Shown here: positions 59,932 to 64,000 of the stretch, one piece after another | How positions within the stretch are numbered: the first letter of the stretch is position 1 | Layout: each line of letters starts with the position of its first letter | Source of the DNA: an uncultured Acidobacteriota bacterium | GTDB lineage: Bacteria; Acidobacteriota; Thermoanaerobaculia; UBA5066; Gp7-AA6 | Direction of reading: 5' to 3' | DNA length: 64,000 bases | NCBI GenBank assembly: GCA_963837495.1 | Contig: CAWINF010000001.1 | Span: 1,289,843 to 1,353,842 of the forward strand | Translations under genes and position numbers: made by a program | Notes under the pieces: generated by a model | What the model was told of the DNA's origin: nothing | Seen by the model: only the letters and a program-made list of their open reading frames with translations | The model's database searches: none

Positions 59932-62748
59932 CTACTTCGAAGGAGGAGCCGCGGCGCCGGCCTTGGCGAAGTCGCCGGCTTTGACGATCGTGATCTTCGC
60001 CGGGTCGATGTGGCGGCGCAGCGCTTCGAGGATTTCCGCGGGAGTCAGCTCGGCGATCTTCTTCTCGAACGCCGCGTCCCATTCGAGCGTGCGCTTCAAG
60101 TAGAGGTCCTGCGCGAGAGTCCTGGCCAGTCCGGCATCCTGCGCGCGGGATACCTGCCGCGACTGGAGGTATCCGGACTTTGCCTCCTTGACCTCCTGCT
60201 CGCCGAACCCGTCCTTGAGGGCCCGCGCGACCTCCTCCTGGAACGCCGCCTGGAGCCTGGCCTCGTTCTGCGGCGCGTAGATCGCGTACGCGGTGAAGCT
60301 CCCGGACTTATCCAGAGGCGACGCGGAGAGCTGGGACCCGATCCCGTAGCTCAAGCCCTCCTTCTGCCGGATGCGCAGAGCGAGGCGGGAGTTCAGGAAA
60401 CCTCCCCCCAGCATGTAGTTGCCGAGCACCAGAGCGGGATAGTCCGGGTCGTCGTCGCGGATATCCAGGTTCTGCCCCGCGATGAAGAACGCATTGGCCT
60501 TGTCCGGCGTCTCGAAGGACTGGTTCACCGGCGCGACCTCCTTGTAAGGCCGCGGGACTCTCTCGAAGGCGCGCGGGCTCTTCCAGGTGCCGAAGAGGGA
60601 GTTGGCGAGCGCGCCGATCTCTTTTGCGTCGAAGTCGCCGACGGCCGCGAGCTCGGACACCGAGGCGCCGTAGTAATCCGCGTAGAACTTCCTGACTTCC
60701 TCCAGCGTCGCCGCCTTGTACTCCGCGATGGCTTCGTCGGGAGTCTCGGTGTAGCGCACGTCCCCCTTCGGGTAGGGATTCATGTGCCGGTTGAAGGCCG
60801 TCTGGCCGATGGAATCGGGCTCGCTCTTCTGCTGCTCGATCGCCGCGAGGTTCTCCTGCCGGAGCTGTTCGAGCTCGGAGGCCGGGAAGGAGGGCTCTCG
60901 CAGGACCTCCGCGACGAGCTTGAGGGTCTGCGGCAGGTTCTCCCGGATCGTCTCGATCGAGATCGAAACCTGCGTCGGGCCTCCCGAGACGTGCACGCGG
61001 GCCTTCAGGCGGTCGAATTCGTCCTTGATCTGCTGGCGGGTGTGTTTCTGCGTCCCTCGCAGGAGCATGTCGGCGGCCAGGTCCGCGATGGCGGACTTCC
61101 CCAGGAGCGATTTTTCGTCTCCGAAGCGCAGCGTCATGGTCGCCACGACCGTCCCGCCGCGGGTCTTCTTGGAGAGGAGTGCGACCTGCGCTCCGCCGGC
61201 GAGCGCGGTCCGGACCGCGCGCGATTCGATGTTGGCGGGGGAAGGATCGAACGCCTCGCCCGGGGCCGCCGGCGCTTCGCCCTTGTAGCCCTCGAGCAGG
61301 GCCGCGACGTCGGGCGTGGCCGGGATCTCGGCGCGGTCGGGCTTGGCCGTCGGGAGGAAGAGTCCCACGGTGCGGTTGGAGGGCTTCAGATACGAGGCCG
61401 CGACGCGCCGCACGTCCTCGACGGTGACTTTCCTGATCCGGTCCCGGTCCAGAAAGAAGAGGCGCCAGTCTCCCGCGCCGATCCACTCGCTCATCTGCAG
61501 CCCGACGCGGTCCGCGGAATTGAGAGTCAGGTCGATCTCCTTCAGGAGCCTCGTGCGCGCCCGCTCGACCTCCTCCGGCGTGGCGGGACTGGAGACGGCC
61601 GCGTCGATCGTCTGGAGCATCGTCTTCTCGGCTTCCGGGAGCGAAGACTCCTGCCGGACCTCGGCCTGGAACAGGACGAAGCCCGGATCGTGGAGCGAGG
61701 GAAGGAAGCCGTCCACCGAGGAGGCCTTCCCGGTTTCGACGAGGGCCTTGTGGAGGCGGCCCGAGGGCGTGTCGGCGAGGACTTCCGTCAGGATCTCCAG
61801 GGGCGGCAGGTCCGGATGCGCGCCCGCGGGGACGTGATAGACGACGGCGGCGACCTGCACGTCTCCCACGCGCCGCAGCGTGACCGAGCGCTCGCCGTCC
61901 TGCGTCGGCTCGGCGGTGTAGAGCTTCGGCAGCGCCCGTTTGGGCCTCGGGGTCTTCGAGAAGATCTCGTTGACGAGGTCGAGGGTCTTCCCCTCGTCGA
62001 ATTTCCCGGCCACCAGCAGGTACGCGTTATCGGGCTGGTAATAGGTCCTCCAGAAGGCCTGCAGCTTCTCGATCGGCACGTTCTCGATGTCGGCGCGGTC
62101 GCCGATGGTCGAGTGGCCGTAGTTGTGCCAGAGATAAGCCGTCGAGACGACGCGCTCGAAGAGGACGGAAGAGGGGCTGTTCTCTCCCATCTCGAACTCG
62201 TTGCGCACGACGGTCATCTCGCTGTCCAGGTCCTTCTTCGCGATGAAGGAGTGGACCATCCGGTCGGCCTCGAGGTCGAGCGCCCACCTCAAGTTCTCCC
62301 GGGTGGCCTGGAAGGTCTCGAAATAGTTCGTGCGGTCGAGCCAGGTCGAGCCGTTGGGGCGCGCGCCGTGCGCGGTCAGCTCCTGCGGAATGTTGGAATG
62401 ACGCGGGGTTCCCTTGAACATCAGGTGCTCCAGCAGATGCGCCATCCCGGTTTCGCCGTAGTTCTCGTTGCGCGATCCGACGAGGTAGGTGATGTTGACC
62501 GTGATCGTCTGCTTGGTCGGGTCGGGGAAAAGCAGAACGTGAAGCCCGTTGGCCAGCCGGTACTCGGTGATCCCTTCCACCGAGGTGACGCGCTCGGGCT
62601 TTCCCGCGGCCGGCGCGTTGGCGGGAGCCGCCTTTCGTTTCGCGGGAGAGGGGCGAGCCTTCGCCTCCTGCCCGGAGGAAGCTGCCGGCAAAGCGCAGAG
62701 GAGAGCCGCCAGCCAGAGGTATGCGATGGACTTTCTCGACAGAGGCAT
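59932..62748 (-). CDS. M16-family zinc metallopeptidase (insulinase-like, two tandem M16 units), secreted
   Basis: The signal peptide is 'YLWLAALLCALPAASSG'. The inverted zinc motif is 'HLLEHLMFKG' (HxxEH). The 938-aa length is consistent with a fused active plus inactive M16 pair. Confidence 0.88.
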   Translation of the reverse strand: MPLSRKSIAYLWLAALLCALPAASSGQEAKARPSPAKRKAAPANAPAAGKPERVTSVEGITEYRLANGLHVLLFPDPTKQTITVNITYLVGSRNENYGETGMAHLLEHLMFKGTPRHSNIPQELTAHGARPNGSTWLDRTNYFETFQATRENLRWALDLEADRMVHSFIAKKDLDSEMTVVRNEFEMGENSPSSVLFERVVSTAYLWHNYGHSTIGDRADIENVPIEKLQAFWRTYYQPDNAYLLVAGKFDEGKTLDLVNEIFSKTPRPKRALPKLYTAEPTQDGERSVTLRRVGDVQVAAVVYHVPAGAHPDLPPLEILTEVLADTPSGRLHKALVETGKASSVDGFLPSLHDPGFVLFQAEVRQESSLPEAEKTMLQTIDAAVSSPATPEEVERARTRLLKEIDLTLNSADRVGLQMSEWIGAGDWRLFFLDRDRIRKVTVEDVRRVAASYLKPSNRTVGLFLPTAKPDRAEIPATPDVAALLEGYKGEAPAAPGEAFDPSPANIESRAVRTALAGGAQVALLSKKTRGGTVVATMTLRFGDEKSLLGKSAIADLAADMLLRGTQKHTRQQIKDEFDRLKARVHVSGGPTQVSISIETIRENLPQTLKLVAEVLREPSFPASELEQLRQENLAAIEQQKSEPDSIGQTAFNRHMNPYPKGDVRYTETPDEAIAEYKAATLEEVRKFYADYYGASVSELAAVGDFDAKEIGALANSLFGTWKSPRAFERVPRPYKEVAPVNQSFETPDKANAFFIAGQNLDIRDDDPDYPALVLGNYMLGGGFLNSRLALRIRQKEGLSYGIGSQLSASPLDKSGSFTAYAIYAPQNEARLQAAFQEEVARALKDGFGEQEVKEAKSGYLQSRQVSRAQDAGLARTLAQDLYLKRTLEWDAAFEKKIAELTPAEILEALRRHIDPAKITIVKAGDFAKAGAAAPPSK

Positions 62749-63284
62749 CCTTGCTCCTTAACTTGTCTCCCGCTCTCCCCGAAAGCGGAGAACGACCGCC
62801 GCGATTGCGAGCAACATTCTCTTCATGGAGAAATCTTAACCCGCATCTCCTCCGTAATCTTCGCGGGACTCCGGTCCGTCTAGAGAGATGGAGTCAGGAC
62901 CAATGGCACGGCTGCCACGAAGGCCCGCTCCTCGCAGGCACCCATCGGCAAGTGACGCACCCCCGATCCCGAGAAGCCTGTAACACCTGAAGTGACAATG
63001 GCGAAAAAAGCGCCTCGGAGCCGTCGTCGTTTCCCTCCGTCGGCACGCGCCGGCCGGCCGCAAGAGTGAGAACCGGCCGGCGCTGAGGGTTCCTAGCAGT
63101 CTCAGCGAGGTACCGGCCGCTCCCTCCGTGCTCGTCACCCATCACCTCCTCCGGGAAACGCCGCCGTCTCCGGGGCTGGCACCTCGTCTCAAGCCGGAAT
63201 GTAGCCCCGGCGGCGGGGCGGGTTGCAGGACACGTAGGAGCTGTAGAATCTCTGCGCTCGCGCCGGCCGAGCAGGACCGATGTC

Positions 63285-64000
63285 ATGATCCGAGCGCGCA
63301 CACCGCAGGACGAGTCGCAGAGGCTCGAGGCGCTCCGCGGGTACGAGATCCTCGACACCGCGGAGGAGCGGGAATTCGACGATCTGACGCTCCTCGCCAA
63401 GCTCCTCTGCGATGTCCCGATCGCGCTCATCTCGATCGTGGACGCCGAGCGCCTCTGGTTCAAGTCGAAGATCGGCCTGACGGCCACCCAGGCCCCGCGG
63501 GCGGCGTCCTTCTGCGGCCACGCGATCGAGGAAGAGGACCTGATGATCGTGCCCGACGCGGCCGCCGATCGCCGCTTCGCGGACAACCCGATCGTCAAGG
63601 GAGATCCCCGCATCCGCTTCTATGCCGGCGCCTCGCTCGTGACCCCCGGAGGGCACGCGCTCGGAACCTTGTGCGTCCTCGACCGCGTGCCGAGGGAGTT
63701 GACGGAGGAGCAAATGGATGGCCTGCGGGCTCTCGCCCGCCAGGTCGTCGCGCAGCTGGAGCTGCGGCGCCGATTGTTGAAGGAGCGGGGAGAAGCGAAG
63801 GAGGCGATCGGCGAGCGGGACGCGACGCTGCGGCTCATCGTCAACCAGATGCCGGCCGTGCTCTGGTCCACCGACACCGACTTGAGGCTGACCTCTTCCG
63901 AAGGCGCCGGCCTGACCGGCCTCGGCCACCGCCCGGGGCAGTTCGTCGGCGTCACGCTCTTCGACTTCTTCCGGACGACGGACCCCGAGTTCCTGCCGCT
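63285..64000 (+). CDS. GAF-domain sensor protein; N-terminal part only, because the 3' end runs out of the window
   Basis: 'MIRARTPQDESQRLEALRGYEILDTAEEREFDDLTLLAKLLCDVPIALISIVDAERLWFKSKIGL...FCGHAI...PDAAADRRFADNP' is the classic GAF sensor N-terminus. The frame is open to the window end, and the ORF is absent from the track because it has no stop. Confidence 0.8.
   Translation, partial: MIRARTPQDESQRLEALRGYEILDTAEEREFDDLTLLAKLLCDVPIALISIVDAERLWFKSKIGLTATQAPRAASFCGHAIEEEDLMIVPDAAADRRFADNPIVKGDPRIRFYAGASLVTPGGHALGTLCVLDRVPRELTEEQMDGLRALARQVVAQLELRRRLLKERGEAKEAIGERDATLRLIVNQMPAVLWSTDTDLRLTSSEGAGLTGLGHRPGQFVGVTLFDFFRTTDPEFLP

Noticed and set aside
62894-63929. Minus-strand ORFs of 239, 246 and 111 aa at the window end
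   Set aside because: They are antisense to the clear GAF-sensor N-terminus on the + strand (63285 onward), which is missing from the track only because it has no stop inside the window.
1-64000. CRISPR arrays, rRNA genes, integrase/recombinase genes other than the IS110 transposase
   Set aside because: No regularly spaced direct repeats, rRNA-like conserved blocks, or tyrosine/serine recombinase motifs were seen anywhere in the window.

Overview
This is a high-GC window (roughly 68% by eye). Its gene content points to an Acidobacteria-like chromosome.

The dominant theme is a family of receptor-like Ser/Thr kinases (kinase domain, one TM helix, periplasmic TolB-like beta-propeller). Four full or partial copies are present (1..545 partial, 2150..4741, 10477..13053, 57189..59864), plus two decayed kinase remnants. 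An IS110-family insertion sequence sits between the first two paralogs.

The middle of the window (about 20.8-29.7 kb) looks like an accessory island:
- A PAS-PAS sigma-54 enhancer-binding protein is followed by three near-canonical sigma-54 promoters (TGGCAC-N5-TTGC). Each promoter has the same imperfect palindrome (TCGAC-N4-GTCGA-like) about 60 bp upstream.
- The first and third promoter regions are part of a ~240 bp direct repeat (about 85% identical). The repeats flank about 7.5 kb of compositionally deviant DNA.
- That DNA carries a low-GC SDR gene, a sigma-54-driven DUF1269/HdeD stress pair, and a translationally coupled class-3 lipase / calcineurin-like phosphoesterase / USP-fused phospholipase-D (2xHKD) operon.
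- The island ends in a chimeric pseudogene (a short N-terminal fragment fused to a kinase C-terminus), tRNA-Arg(CCG), tRNA-His(GTG) and an RHH-MazF toxin-antitoxin pair.

Other content:
- An MgtA-type Mg2+ P-type ATPase with a structured ~480 bp leader that carries a terminator-like hairpin.
- A molybdate locus: ModE-like regulator, porin, modABC and an adjacent TonB-dependent-receptor-like barrel.
- A sulfatase-TPR lipoprotein, lysA and a vapBC pair.
- A TetR / OMF / MFP / RND efflux operon with a perfect 14-bp palindromic operator, next to a divergent MFS transporter.
- A fused MFS/spermidine-synthase-like protein.
- A Ser/Thr kinase-NB-ARC-TPR STAND protein.
- An M16 peptidase - kinase - oligopeptidase B cluster.
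- The 5' end of a GAF-domain sensor gene at the window edge.

Many long ORFs antisense to real genes are GC-driven artefacts and were rejected.
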